A stretch of DNA of 63,316 nt, filler included, from Octopus bimaculoides (lineage: Eukaryota), in the NCBI RefSeq assembly GCF_001194135.2. It is 5 parts of 5 records of this genome, joined end to end, with 100 filler letters (N's around TTAATTAATTAA, not from the genome) between each part and the next. Parts side by side here need not be neighbours in the genome. Positions count along the whole stretch, not along the records: positions 26,240 to 38,530 come from NC_068985.1; positions 38,631 to 54,016 come from NC_068994.1; 3 more parts are not named here. One strand, given 5' to 3'. Both the position numbers and the translations under genes were made by a program. Positions within the stretch are counted from its first letter, which is position 1. Every line of letters starts with the position of its first letter. Below, one piece after another: positions 26,466 through 38,664 of this stretch. The notes beneath the pieces are model-generated. The model was not told the DNA's origin. It made no database searches and saw only the letters and a list, made by a program, of their open reading frames with translations.

Positions 26466-27086
26466 TAAGAAAAGGGGGAGATAACAAACGGTGATCGAAG
26501 AACGAGGGGCTGTGTGTGGGAGATAGAATGCTGGTGATCTTGACGTATGCAGTGTGAAAATGGGGAAGGGAGAAAGCAGTTGGTCATTTGTAATTCACAC
26601 ACAAACAAACACACACACACACACACACACATGAATATACACGCATACACACAAACAAACGCACACAAGCATCTCAACGTGAGGAAACGATGCAAACTTT
26701 ACTTGGTTGGGAGATCAAGCATTCGAACAGATTGTACGCACACACATGGGGAGAGGGGAAATCTTCAGTTTCGTAAAGGACATCCACAAGGGAGAAAATT
26801 CATATTGCAGACATGGAATTCCTTGCTTGCTTATTAGTGATCACAAATCGTAGATAAACTGACATTTTTCGTCCTCAACTGTAATTATCTTGTCCAGAAG
26901 GGGTTTTCCTTTAAAAGAATTTCGTTTCACTTTGAAGAACTTCATCGTAACATCGCCGACAGAGACTGTTCCTTACTAACATTAGTAAAGAAGTTATGTG
27001 TCTTTTGCCAGCAGTTCTGTCAAATCATCTATATTGCTAAGAGTAATAAATGATCGGCGTGAAACCAATGACCACATGTATACATT

Positions 27087-27119
<33 letters not shown>

Positions 27120-27127
27120 CACACACA

Positions 27128-27181
<54 letters not shown>

Positions 27182-28697
27182 CATATGTCAAATTTACAAA
27201 AAAACACAAGACGAAGACAAGTGAAGGAGCAAAAAGCAGGTGTATTGGTATTGGTTTAACGGTCGGGGAGAATGGAAAAGTCCTTGGCGTTTTTAGCCTA
27301 TGCTGTCCGACAGAAAGGATTGAGAGGGGAGAAAACAGAGAGAGTAAAAATGTTTAGGGACTAAGGTCTTAACATGATGTAAGTCATGAATATATATACA
27401 GAACATGATTTACTTCGCGCAATTTTACAATTTTTTTGCGTGACTCTTACGTCATGGTTATGTGAGTTATCTATACTACATTTACAAGAATGATCTTAGA
27501 AGTATTGCAACCATTAAGGATCTATGAATGAAAGCATGTATACACATCCATATATGTGTGCGTACGTATGTGGTGAGTATATGTGTGTGCGTCCGTGTGT
27601 GCGCGTGCGTGCGTACATTGGAGCTTTATTTTGCTTTTATTTCTCTCTGTATGAATGCGTATGTCTGTGTTGAGAAAGGTTTGAAAAAGGGCGGCTGCGA
27701 CACAGGAAAGCATATGAGAACATAGTTGAAAGTGGGTGGTGACAGGTAAATGAATGTTGAGATAGAAGCCGCACAGTGATTCACAATCAACAATTATTCT
27801 TCAAATCAAAGCCGTTCAATATATAACTGAGTACAGAATTTGTTTACAGAATATAGTGGATAACCGAAGAGTAAATTCCAAGAAAGATGTAAGCTAAACA
27901 AACAAAACGATAAAACAGTAATGAGAGCTGTCATAAAAATATTACTTAGATTAGATACATTGTCCATGTAATATATCAGAGGATAGTACAGAATCAAACT
28001 GTTGACAGAATGTCATAAATTATTTAGAGTTAAAGTTAAAAGTGAATGCAAAGATATAAAGGAAAAAACAAACAAAAAATAGATATAGACTTTGCTATTA
28101 TGGGAATGTACATCTTCACGCGGAGATAATCCATACAGTCATGTGAATACACATGATTATACAAAAATGTATACGTACACACACACATATATATATGTCC
28201 GTCTGGTAGTGCACTTATAAGTACTTGTATTTAAATATATTTCTATGCCTATGTATGCTATTATTCAGTTAAATTTCCCGATGCGTTGCCATTAGAGAAA
28301 CACCAAGTTTGTAACTCAGATCCAAGGCTTCTTGAATGGAAATTAAATAACATCAACAAGGTATTTGTCCTTGTAAATATATGTGTATGTGCAAATTTGG
28401 ACTCTGTGCATGTGCAGATTCGTAAGTTTTTTTTTATGTATGAATTCTCATGCATATAGTTGCATGTCAACTGTATACTTAAATGCTAAACGTCAGGAAA
28501 GTTTTGCAAATTTTTATAGTTCCATTGACTGCTTCAGTCCGTAAACTTCAAATTGGTTTTCTCCTTTTTGGTTTTGAGAAAGGTAATTTCTTAAGACCAG
28601 TGGTTTCTCAAGATCGGCAGTTTGTTACATATCGCACTACTTCCATGATTACAGGTGTAAACCTCAACTTGCAATCTGTATATGTATGTTTGTAATT

Positions 28698-29158
28698 GCG
28701 TAGGTTGAAGAGTCTGCCTTGAATCCTGAATCTGATCTTGATGCCGGTTTCGTCGTCACTACAGAAAACAGCCGACAACGTGGCTGAGAACATCATGTTG
28801 AACAGCATAGGTACGAATGCACACGCAGTTTGACTATGTTACTAACTGGGAATGCGTCGAAATAATCCCCATTGCCCAGGGTTCGAGCGAGTAAGCCGAC
28901 GCGGAACTGTTTAACCATACTGATGAATTTGTCTGGGCAGCCCAATTTCTTTATGATAATCCCAAACCCCTCAGGACTGACGCCTTGGTTAAGTCTCCAA
29001 ACGTTTAGTATAGATCTCTGTTCTATTCTCGACACATCCTGAAGTGGACGAGTGACACAAGTCCTGTCAACTCTGTCATACCCCTCTCTGCAGTCTCACT
29101 GACTTTCTAGCAGATGCTAATCTTCCATGTCCTAAGAGGGGTGGTTAAAGAGGGCTCT
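28698..29158 (-). mobile_element. RTE-clade LINE, inverted 5' segment (degenerate RT N-terminal half)
   Basis: Minus-strand translation with stops and frameshifts: LLESQ.DCREG, DLTKA, KLGCPDKFISMVKQF, DAFPVSNIVK, LFNMMFSA, GIKIRFRIQGRLFNLR, typical of RTE/BovB RT. Confidence 0.9.
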
Positions 29159-29163
29159 TGTGG

Positions 29164-29981
29164 AGGATACAGGCCAAGACCAAGGTGGTAGATGACTCCC
29201 TGTTTGTAGACCACTTGGTGCTCAACACCGTCACAAAATCCTCGATGCAGTAGAGCACGAAGTTCTTTTCGAGTACTCGGAAAAATTTGGTCTCGTAATT
29301 AGTACACTGAAGGCAGTAGTCATGTACCAACTTACTCCACAGAAAACGCATGGCAAAACAGCTACATCTGCAGCACACTCTCCTGATCCGTGAACGTTGA
29401 CGATGAAGTCGACACACTCATCGCCATAGGAAACTCAACAACTGGGCGGGCACGTAAGTCAATGTTGTAGAAAAGAGCCACAGCACACCAAAAGCTAAAC
29501 CGCTTCCGCATGGATACCTTGGGCAGGCTTTCGAAAATCAAAAGAAGATCCCAGACACGGGGCTGGTCTGCCAAACGTTTACCCACGGCTAAAGAATGTG
29601 CAAATCAGGTGGGCAGACACCTTCTCGAATGCGTCACACACGACTCCCTAAGAAGCTGTTTTACAGCAAATTAGTGGAACGGAAATGCTCGGAAAGTGAT
29701 CAGCAAAATGATTCAAGTATACAATCAAATTCTCACTGAAGAGGTTTGAGATCATCCTCGATACCTGGGAAGCGCAACTGCAAGACCACTCTGTCTGGCG
29801 AACCTGCTCCCAGAGAGGTTCCACCCCACACGAACATTGATTGCAGAGGCACAAGGAAAACGTGATCTGCACAAGTCTAGACCCGTTCTAGTACGCATTG
29901 GTCTTATTGGCTGTCGGATATACAGTGTTCCGTCTTCTCCCTTGTGATATAATTGGTAATCGTCGACAACGACAGACGAAC
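29164..29981 (+). mobile_element. RTE-clade LINE, forward 3' segment (RT C-terminal half to 3' end)
   Basis: Plus-strand translation: RIQAKTKVVDDSLFVDHLVLN (FADD region decayed), FGLVISTLKAVVMYQ, VNVDDEVDTLIA, KLNRFRM, RLPKKLFYSKL, DTWE..QDHSVWR, RIGLIG; ends atcgtcgacaacgacagacgaac. Confidence 0.9.
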
Positions 29982-30080
29982 TAATATATGTAAAAATGTA
30001 TGTAAATGCATACAAACATACATACACATACATGCATGCATACATACATACATACATACACACATACATACAAACACGTT

Positions 30081-30113
<33 letters not shown>

Positions 30114-31230
30114 GCAGACACACACACATATATATATATACATGTATGTATCTATATATATGCACATTACATAGGAGTATATGAGATAACTGCAGGTACG
30201 TGTGTTATCTAAAATATACTGTTATTAGTATATACGTGTCTTCAAAAAACGACAGCGTTTGAAATGCAAAAAGGTAAAATTGGTAAGTAATAAATACATA
30301 GATATATCATCCGTTCAGTATATTTGACATAGCTGTATATAGAAAGAACAGTTAATTTTATATTTGAAAATAACTCGTTTAATTGGATCCAAAGATTTAA
30401 AAAATTAACAAATTTTTCGAAAATTGTTTTCGTATTTTATTGAGGTTAAAGCGATATGACTTCATTATTCGTTGAAGATCTCTCCTGCAATAATTTGATA
30501 AATCAATGGCAGTTAAGGTTGTAAAGAAATGACAACGATTTAAGTATATGTTAAAATTGATTGAGTGTGTATGCCTAGGAAAGTTTCATTGACTCATACA
30601 TGAAAGGTGTTAATGAAAAATTCCTAGGAAAATTTAGTGTCCTAAACTTGTCGAAATCATAGCCTCTGCATCTGAATTACGTGAGGAAAACTTTGTAAAC
30701 AATAACTGTTAATGGATCACTTATATATCCGAGTGTGTCTAGTGTGTAAGTATTATGTATGAATAAGTATGGGCGTTCATATGTATAAATCGTATTCAGA
30801 GAAGAATAGATAAAAAAGTATCAATATCACTTTTTTCTTGCGCAGCGTATTTTCGTCTTACTTCCAAAAATTTCAGCGTTCCAACTGTATATTTATCTGT
30901 AGACAACTGTGTCTACGTGAATATTTATGCCAGTAATTATGATATTGTATGTGCCTTTCAGATTCCTCAGTTGTAATAGAGACCCATGATAGTAGAGCTA
31001 ACTCAACAGAAATCCTACTTAATGTGGAAGGTTTTTCAAAATATTTACGTTAAATAATATGTTTTAGTGTATCAATTAATATATATATGTATATGTATAT
31101 NNNNNNNNNNNNNNNNNNNNNNNNNNNNNNNNNNNNNNNNNNNNTATATATATATATGTATCTATATATATATACATTTGTATATATTGTATATATAATT
31201 AATCTTTCTAATTACGTAGTACATGTATAT

Positions 31231-31284
<54 letters not shown>

Positions 31285-32949
31285 GCATATCTGTTCTTTG
31301 AGCAAGATACAGTGGGTCATCTGCGCAGCTCAAAATGTAAATTTTAAATTCTGCCTAATGTCTTCTAAAAGAAATGTATATAATTACTATTGGATTCTGT
31401 TTCATACTCCAGATCTTCCAACTTGTATGCTTAATCGTTTTTATTTATGCATTTCGTTAGTGTCTGAAGAAATATCCTGATATTTTATGAGACCTATCTA
31501 GGAAACCTTTTGTACGGTCTTCTTTTAACATAGTTAGAGACACGTGTATAAATAACTGGTATATTCTCACGGATTCCATTTCGTTTCTGGTTTTCAGCTG
31601 ACTATACTCGACGTTAAAATTTCATACAGATGACGACCTTATCAAACTCTCTAGATTTTAAAGGCATTTATCGTTCCTCCTTTAGTCAACAATGAAAGAG
31701 GAGAGTTCGGATGCACCAGATTCTTCGCTCCATGCATATAAAGTGATAATAAATCACTCTCTTGTTTAGTAGCTTTTAGATCATTGAAATAGAGTACTTG
31801 CTATGAAGAACAATATCACTCGAAATATGGTATTTTTTTTTTCTATTTTAACATGTGATTCCTCTAGGGCTATGGGTTTTCGACAATTGACAATGGAGTT
31901 TTCATTATTGTTAACTTCCCTCGGGTAAATAGCTATAACAATTTGGATGAAAGCGAATCCTATTTGGAACCAAGTAGGAACTATATTTCGGGCTACAAAT
32001 CAACTTTTCAAATCACTTCATGGAATTCATAAATCCTACTTAGAAACCTACCTACCTACCTACCTACCTACATATATATAAACATACATACGTGCACAAA
32101 TACAAACATGCATACATACATATATGCATTCATACGTAAAAACAGACGTGCATATATGCATACACATATATGTGTGGGTATGCATGTTCGTATGTTCATG
32201 GATCAGGAGTGGAAGTGCGTTGTATTTGTATAAGTATATACATGTATATGTGTATATATTTATATATACATATACATATATATTTACATATATATAGTCT
32301 TATATATGTATAGGCATAGAATTATATAAATGTGTATATGTATACATGTATAAATGTATACACGTATAAGCGTATATAGTTAGAGGTTATGTAACCTTTA
32401 AAGGATAAATGTATTCGTAGATACTACTTGTGTATTACCGCACTATGTATAAGCCTTGCTATAAGGTTAACAATAGTTGGTGATTTGAATGGTAAATAGT
32501 GGTTTGATATATTCAGATAAAAAAAAATAGAGCAACAATTAACAATTAGAAGTTGATCATTGGTATTAAATGGGCATAGTTTAGGAAAAAATATATTTAC
32601 AACTGCTTCAGTTTGTTATATTTTTTGGTAAATTTCCATTTGTCTCGTTCCATTTAACAAACACCGTCAAAATGATTTAGAGTTTATCGGAGGAATAAAG
32701 ACTAGGGAAAAAGGAAAAGGCAAAAGAAAAAGGAAAAAAGGGAAAATAGTTCATTTAGTATTTAGGCTTACATATTTGTGTCATTTAAGGTTCCACGTGT
32801 GTGTACATTTCTTCAATTAGATGAATTTGAGCAATAAGTAGGGAAAATGACTAATTTACATACACACACAAACACACACACACACACATATATATATGCG
32901 TGTATATATATGCATGTATATATGTATACATATATACAAACACACACGC

Positions 32950-33027
<78 letters not shown>

Positions 33028-33031
<4 letters not shown>

Positions 33032-33130
33032 AGGCACAATGGCCCAGTGGTTAGGGCAGCGGACTCGCGGTAATAGGATAGTGGTTTCGATTCCCAGACC
33101 GGTTGCTGTGAGTGTTTATTGAGCGAAAAC
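33028..33130 (+). mobile_element. tRNA-derived SINE family A head, cut by gap
   Basis: ggaggcacaaTGGCCCAGTGGttagggcagcggactcgcgg..GGTTTCGATTCCCagacc (A and B boxes). Confidence 0.9.
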
Positions 33131-33831
33131 NNNNNNNNNNNNNNNNNNNNNNNNNNNNNNNNNNNNNNNNNNNNNNNNNNNNNNNNNNNNNNNNNNNNNN
33201 NNNNNNNNNNNNNNNNNNNNNNNNNNNNNNNNNNNNNNNNNNNNNNNNNNNNNNNNNNNNNNNNNNNNNNNNNNNNNNNNNNNNNNNNNNNNNNNNNNNN
33301 NNNNNNNNNNNNNNNNNNNNNNNNNNNNNNNNNNNNNNNNNNNNNNNNNNNNNNNNNNNNNNNNNNNNNNNNNNNNNNNNNNNNNNNNNNNNNNNNNNNN
33401 NNNNNNNNNNNNNNNNNNNNNNNNNNNNNNNNNNNNNNNNNNNNNNNNNNNNNNNNNNNNNNNNNNNNNNNNNNNNNNNNNNNNNNNNNNNNNNNNNNNN
33501 NNNNNNNNNNNNNNNNNNNNNNNNNNNNNNNNNNNNNNNNNNNNNNNNNNNNNNNNNNNNNNNNNNNNNNNNNNNNNNNNNNNNNNNNNNNNNNNNNNNN
33601 NNNNNNNNNNNNNNNNNNNNNNNNNNNNNNNNNNNNNNNNNNNNNNNNNNNNNNNNNNNNNNNNNNNNNNNNNNNNNNNNNNNNNNNNNNNNNNNNNNNN
33701 NNNNNNNNNNNNNNNNNNNNNNNNNNNNNNNNNNNNNNNNNNNNNNNNNNNNNNNNNNNNNNNNNNNNNNNNNNNNNNNNNNNNNNNNNNNNNNNNNNNN
33801 NNNNNNNNNNNNNNNNNNNNNNNNNNNNNNN

Positions 33832-33891
<60 letters not shown>

Positions 33892-34843
33892 CTATTAAAT
33901 GACAAAATGATACACATACTTTGTGTTAATTAATATTCTATTTTTCAGACGTACATATCAAGTCATTCAAATAGTAGTTGGAAAACCATTCAGGATATTG
34001 ATGTAAATAATTATGTTTATTTTATTTGCGATGAAAGGGCTAACAGTGACTTTGAATTATCTGTGTATTCCCTTCCTCATTCCCCAGACCGCAATTGTAA
34101 CGAAACATTGAAATCATTGTGAAATGTTTACTTATCAAAATATATATATTACTCGCGCGCACACATTGCTAAATATTATATATATGCATATAATATTTGT
34201 TCATGTGTCTGTGTGTTTCTTTATATACCTTTATACGCGTCTATTCATATATATGCACTTTCATATACGCCTGAATATAAGAAAAAGTTGCTACTCATAC
34301 AATTTGCTTCCGGCTGTACATTGATTGCGGTTCCAAATTTTTAAATTCTCCCCATCACCGTCCGGCCGTGAAGATCAAACAGGGATGGTTGATGCATGCA
34401 AATTCTAGTATTGTTTTGTTTAAATTTTCATCATTTGTAACTTATATCTACTACCATCTCTGAAATACCGGACGAGAGTAATGGAATAAAATAATGTTAT
34501 TTTGGAACTTAAACTGCTTCCTTTAAAGGGTTTCACTAAATCTGGATTGGACGGTTTATCTAAGCCTGGCCCGGTATTCTGATATGTTCTTCATAATATC
34601 ACTGTTAATTTCGATGTACTCTTTAGACATTGAAAGAAACGGGACCCGTAGCTCGAACGTTCTTCTAAATCAGTAGTCTCCCACAGTTTTATATTTCGCA
34701 ATATAAACACTATTTTGCAATACAAACAATATAAATATGTCATCTACATACTAATTATATGCCGTAAGCATATATTTACACTACACACACACACACACAC
34801 TTATTTTCATCTAACAAAATATAATTCATCTCTCTCTTTCTCT

Positions 34844-34896
<53 letters not shown>

Positions 34897-34906
34897 NNNN
34901 NNNNNN

Positions 34907-34940
<34 letters not shown>

Positions 34941-34946
34941 CATACA

Positions 34947-35250
34947 GTGGAGGCGCAATGTCCCAGTGGTTAGGGCAGCGGACTCGCTGTCGGAGGATCT
35001 CGGTTTCGATTCCCAGACCAGGCGTTGTGTATGTTTATTGAGCGAAAACACCTAAGCTCCACGAGGCTCCGGCAGGGGATGGTGGCGATCCCTGTTGTAC
35101 TCTTTCATCCCAACTTTCTCTCACTCTTTCTTCTTGTTTCTTGGATAACGCTGCGATGGACTGGCGTCCCGTCCAGCTGGGGGGAACACATACGCCATAG
35201 AAACCGGGAAACCGGGCCCATGAGCCTGGATAGGCTTTGAAAGGGCGACG
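34947..35250 (+). mobile_element. SINE family A, subtype 2 (V-domain-like 3' module)
   Basis: Family A head to about 35141, then gctgcgatggactggcgtcccgtccag..agaaaccggg, resembling the V-SINE domain (from recall). Confidence 0.85.
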
Positions 35251-36062
35251 TTTATTGTTTATATACACACACACCCACACAAACATATACTTATATTATT
35301 ATTAATATAAACTGATAACACACCGAACAAAATGCTTAGCGCCATAGCGTCGGTCTTCAGGTTTTCAGTTCAAATTCAGTTGAAATTCCATTTCCTCTAG
35401 AAGAACGATAAAAGAGGAATGAATTCAGAACTAAGGTAAATGACATCGAGTATCCAGTTAACGATAACAAAATGTGCATGCCTTCTGCCTATTGTAGAAA
35501 ACAATGTTAATTCGTTAAGCTGCCAGAAATTTTAAGGCACGGGTAAAATATTTTGCGGCATTTCTTCCTATTTGTGTTCTGAATTAAACTTCCACCTAGG
35601 TCGCTTCTGCCTTTCGTCCTTTCAGAATCGATGAAATATCTACCACTTGATAACTGGGATACATTTCACTGAGTACCCAACAAAATTTCAAGAATTTTGC
35701 CTTTATTAAAAAATACCATCATCGTCGTCGTCGTTATTATTATTATTATTATTGTTGGTGTTGTTGTTTTTGTTATTATTCCTTCTTAACACTGTAGGAA
35801 AAAATGCATCGGAGAATTTAGTCATCTGTCAAGTCACAAAAAGGATCTCAGACATATACATTCCTTAGGATGTGCGCTGTACTCAAAAGGCTGCTTTTTG
35901 CAAGACATCAATCTTGCATGGGATTTCCAGTTGCTTTAGGAAGTCATGAAGTTTCAACGGATTGAGTCCAACGCTCCGATCACCACTGGTATCATTTTAC
36001 ATTACCCTCTCACATTCCATACAGTCTTGGCATTTCGACTGTCAAATCAGAGTACTTGGTAG

Positions 36063-36265
36063 ATTATTATTATTATTATTGAGTGAGAGAGCAGTGCATG
36101 CCATCAAAGTGTCACTGGGGTAAAATGTAGCCCAGTATACCTATCATGACTACCCGTCTGATAAGGGTACACCAGGCACATGCAGCAAAACCATATGTGC
36201 TCGACATAATGATTTCATATAAAAATAAACAGCGCATGACCTTGCAAGTGGGGACTAGTTAGAAT
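36063..36265 (-). mobile_element. Unclassified interspersed repeat with (TAA)n tail
   Basis: Higher-GC, non-microsatellite block bounded by (ATT)n and (TTC)n; retroposon status and orientation inferred from the tail only; single copy in window. Confidence 0.35.
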
Positions 36266-36415
36266 TTCTTCTTCTTCTTCTTCTTCTTCTTCTTCTTCTT
36301 CTTCTTCTTCTTCTTCTTCTTCTTCTTCTTCTTCTTCTTCTTCTTCTTCTTCTTCTTCTTCTTCTTCTTCTTCTTCTTCTTCTTCTTCTTCTTCTTCTTC
36401 TTCTTCTTCTTCTTC
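36266..36415. repeat. Perfect (TTC)50 trinucleotide tract
   Basis: 150 uninterrupted bp; explains the poly-E and poly-K ORFs. Confidence 0.97.
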
Positions 36416-36625
36416 AGGCGGCGAGCTGGCAGACTCGTTAGCACGCTGGGTGAAAATCTTAGCGTCTGTGTTCACATTCTATGTTCAAAGTCCGCCGGTG
36501 TCGACTTTGCTTTTCATTTTTTTGGGCTAGATAAATTCAGTACCATTGAAACACTGGGGTTGATTTGATCGACTCATGCCCTCCCCCAAAATGTTGTCCT
36601 TGGGGAAAATTTTGAAACCGTCATT

Positions 36626-36663
<38 letters not shown>

Positions 36664-37081
36664 TATTATTAAGGAAGCAAGTTGGGAGAATCGTTAGCGC
36701 ACCGGGTCAAATTCTTAGCAGCATTTCGTCCGTCTTTACGTTTTGAGTTCAAATCCCGCCGAGGTGGACTCTGCTTTCATCATTTCGGGGTCGATAGAAT
36801 AAATACCCGATTAACATAATCGACTTATCGCCTTCCGAAATTGTGGATCTTGTGCCAAAATTTGAAATCAAAGTAGGTGACCTGGCAGAATCGATTGCAT
36901 GCCGGGAAAATGCTTAGCAGCATTTCGTCTGTCTTTCAGTTCTGAGTTCAAATTACGCAGGGGTCGAATTTGCATTTCATTCTCTCCGATTCGATAAATT
37001 AATTACCATTGAAACACTGGCCTCGATTTATCGACTAGTCCCCTCCCCAAAATATCATGCCTAGTGCTTTTACCAGAAAGA
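36416..37081 (+). mobile_element. Three head-to-tail SINE family D copies (36416-36618, 36671-36868, 36869-37081)
   Basis: Each has the ..ggcaga/ggaga..cg head, a gttcaaa B box and a ttcat..cgat core; bounded by (TTC)n and (ATC/ATT)n. Confidence 0.85.
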
Positions 37082-37089
37082 ATCATCAT

Positions 37090-37174
37090 CTTCATCATCA
37101 TCATTATTATTATCATTATTATTGTTCTTGTTGTTGTTATTATTATTATCATTATTATTATTGTTGTTGTTGTT

Positions 37175-37213
<39 letters not shown>

Positions 37214-37485
37214 TAGTTTTATTTTTATAACGTGCTTTCACTTCACTACCGAGCGCAGCTCTGTGCGCCTTGGGTATGTGCTGTGGTTTGCTGTGGTGCT
37301 CTTATGTTTACTGTATTGAAAGTGTTTTGCGTAGAATGTGTGCAGTACCCAGTAGTGCAATTTTCTGTATGTTATATATATTTGTAAGTCCTGGTGTTTT
37401 TGTTATGTATTTGTCTGAATATTTTTTTATTATACCTAAGGCACCTACTATGATAGGAATTGTTTCTGTTTTTAGATTCCACATT
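37090..37485 (-). mobile_element. R4/Dong-clade non-LTR retrotransposon 3' end (RLE C-terminus, 3' UTR, (TAA)n tail)
   Basis: Uninterrupted frame ..WNLKTETIPIIVGALGIIKK..IQKIALLGTAHILRKTLSIQ* (stop at 37308), the characteristic C-terminus of R4/Dong restriction-like endonuclease ORFs; about 100-nt UTR then a TAA-rich tail; 5' part lost in gap 37486-38083. Confidence 0.85.
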
Positions 37486-38476
37486 NNNNNNNNNNNNNNN
37501 NNNNNNNNNNNNNNNNNNNNNNNNNNNNNNNNNNNNNNNNNNNNNNNNNNNNNNNNNNNNNNNNNNNNNNNNNNNNNNNNNNNNNNNNNNNNNNNNNNNN
37601 NNNNNNNNNNNNNNNNNNNNNNNNNNNNNNNNNNNNNNNNNNNNNNNNNNNNNNNNNNNNNNNNNNNNNNNNNNNNNNNNNNNNNNNNNNNNNNNNNNNN
37701 NNNNNNNNNNNNNNNNNNNNNNNNNNNNNNNNNNNNNNNNNNNNNNNNNNNNNNNNNNNNNNNNNNNNNNNNNNNNNNNNNNNNNNNNNNNNNNNNNNNN
37801 NNNNNNNNNNNNNNNNNNNNNNNNNNNNNNNNNNNNNNNNNNNNNNNNNNNNNNNNNNNNNNNNNNNNNNNNNNNNNNNNNNNNNNNNNNNNNNNNNNNN
37901 NNNNNNNNNNNNNNNNNNNNNNNNNNNNNNNNNNNNNNNNNNNNNNNNNNNNNNNNNNNNNNNNNNNNNNNNNNNNNNNNNNNNNNNNNNNNNNNNNNNN
38001 NNNNNNNNNNNNNNNNNNNNNNNNNNNNNNNNNNNNNNNNNNNNNNNNNNNNNNNNNNNNNNNNNNNNNNNNNNNNNNNNNNNATATATATATGTATATA
38101 TACATGTGCGTGTCTGTGAGTGTGTGTCTATTTTGTATCTATGTTTCTCCCTGCTTGAGAAATTTGTCTGTGTGTGTTTGCAGCCATGTAACTTAGCGGT
38201 CGGCGTGAAAGAAAGAGTACGCTGGGGTCGAACTGTGAAGGCCGTGGGTCAGCATGGCCTTAATATAATGACTGAAACAAATAAAAGATAATATATATAT
38301 GTGTGTGTTTATAAGTGTGTGTCTGTATAAACTTATAAAAAAATACATATATATGTATATACAGCTATATATGCACATACATATACACTGATATACATGT
38401 ATACGCAGTATATATATGTGTATATACTGTTATACATGTATACGCATGTTTACCTATGTTTAATTTTTTACGTGTG

Positions 38477-38530
<54 letters not shown>

Positions 38531-38630
38531 NNNNNNNNNNNNNNNNNNNNNNNNNNNNNNNNNNNNNNNNNNNNTTAATTAATTAANNNNNNNNNNNNNN
38601 NNNNNNNNNNNNNNNNNNNNNNNNNNNNNN
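38531..38630. other. Artificial 100-bp join linker
   Basis: 44 N + TTAATTAATTAA (38575-38586) + 44 N. Confidence 0.95.

Positions 38631-38664
<34 letters not shown>

Noticed and set aside
33028-33100. tRNA genes at SINE heads (also 34947, 42105, 48430, 59473-59545)
   Set aside because: A and B boxes are present but the acceptor stems do not pair, and each continues into a repeat body.
36215-36475. Poly-Glu and poly-Lys ORFs
   Set aside because: Readings of the (TTC)50 microsatellite plus a SINE head.
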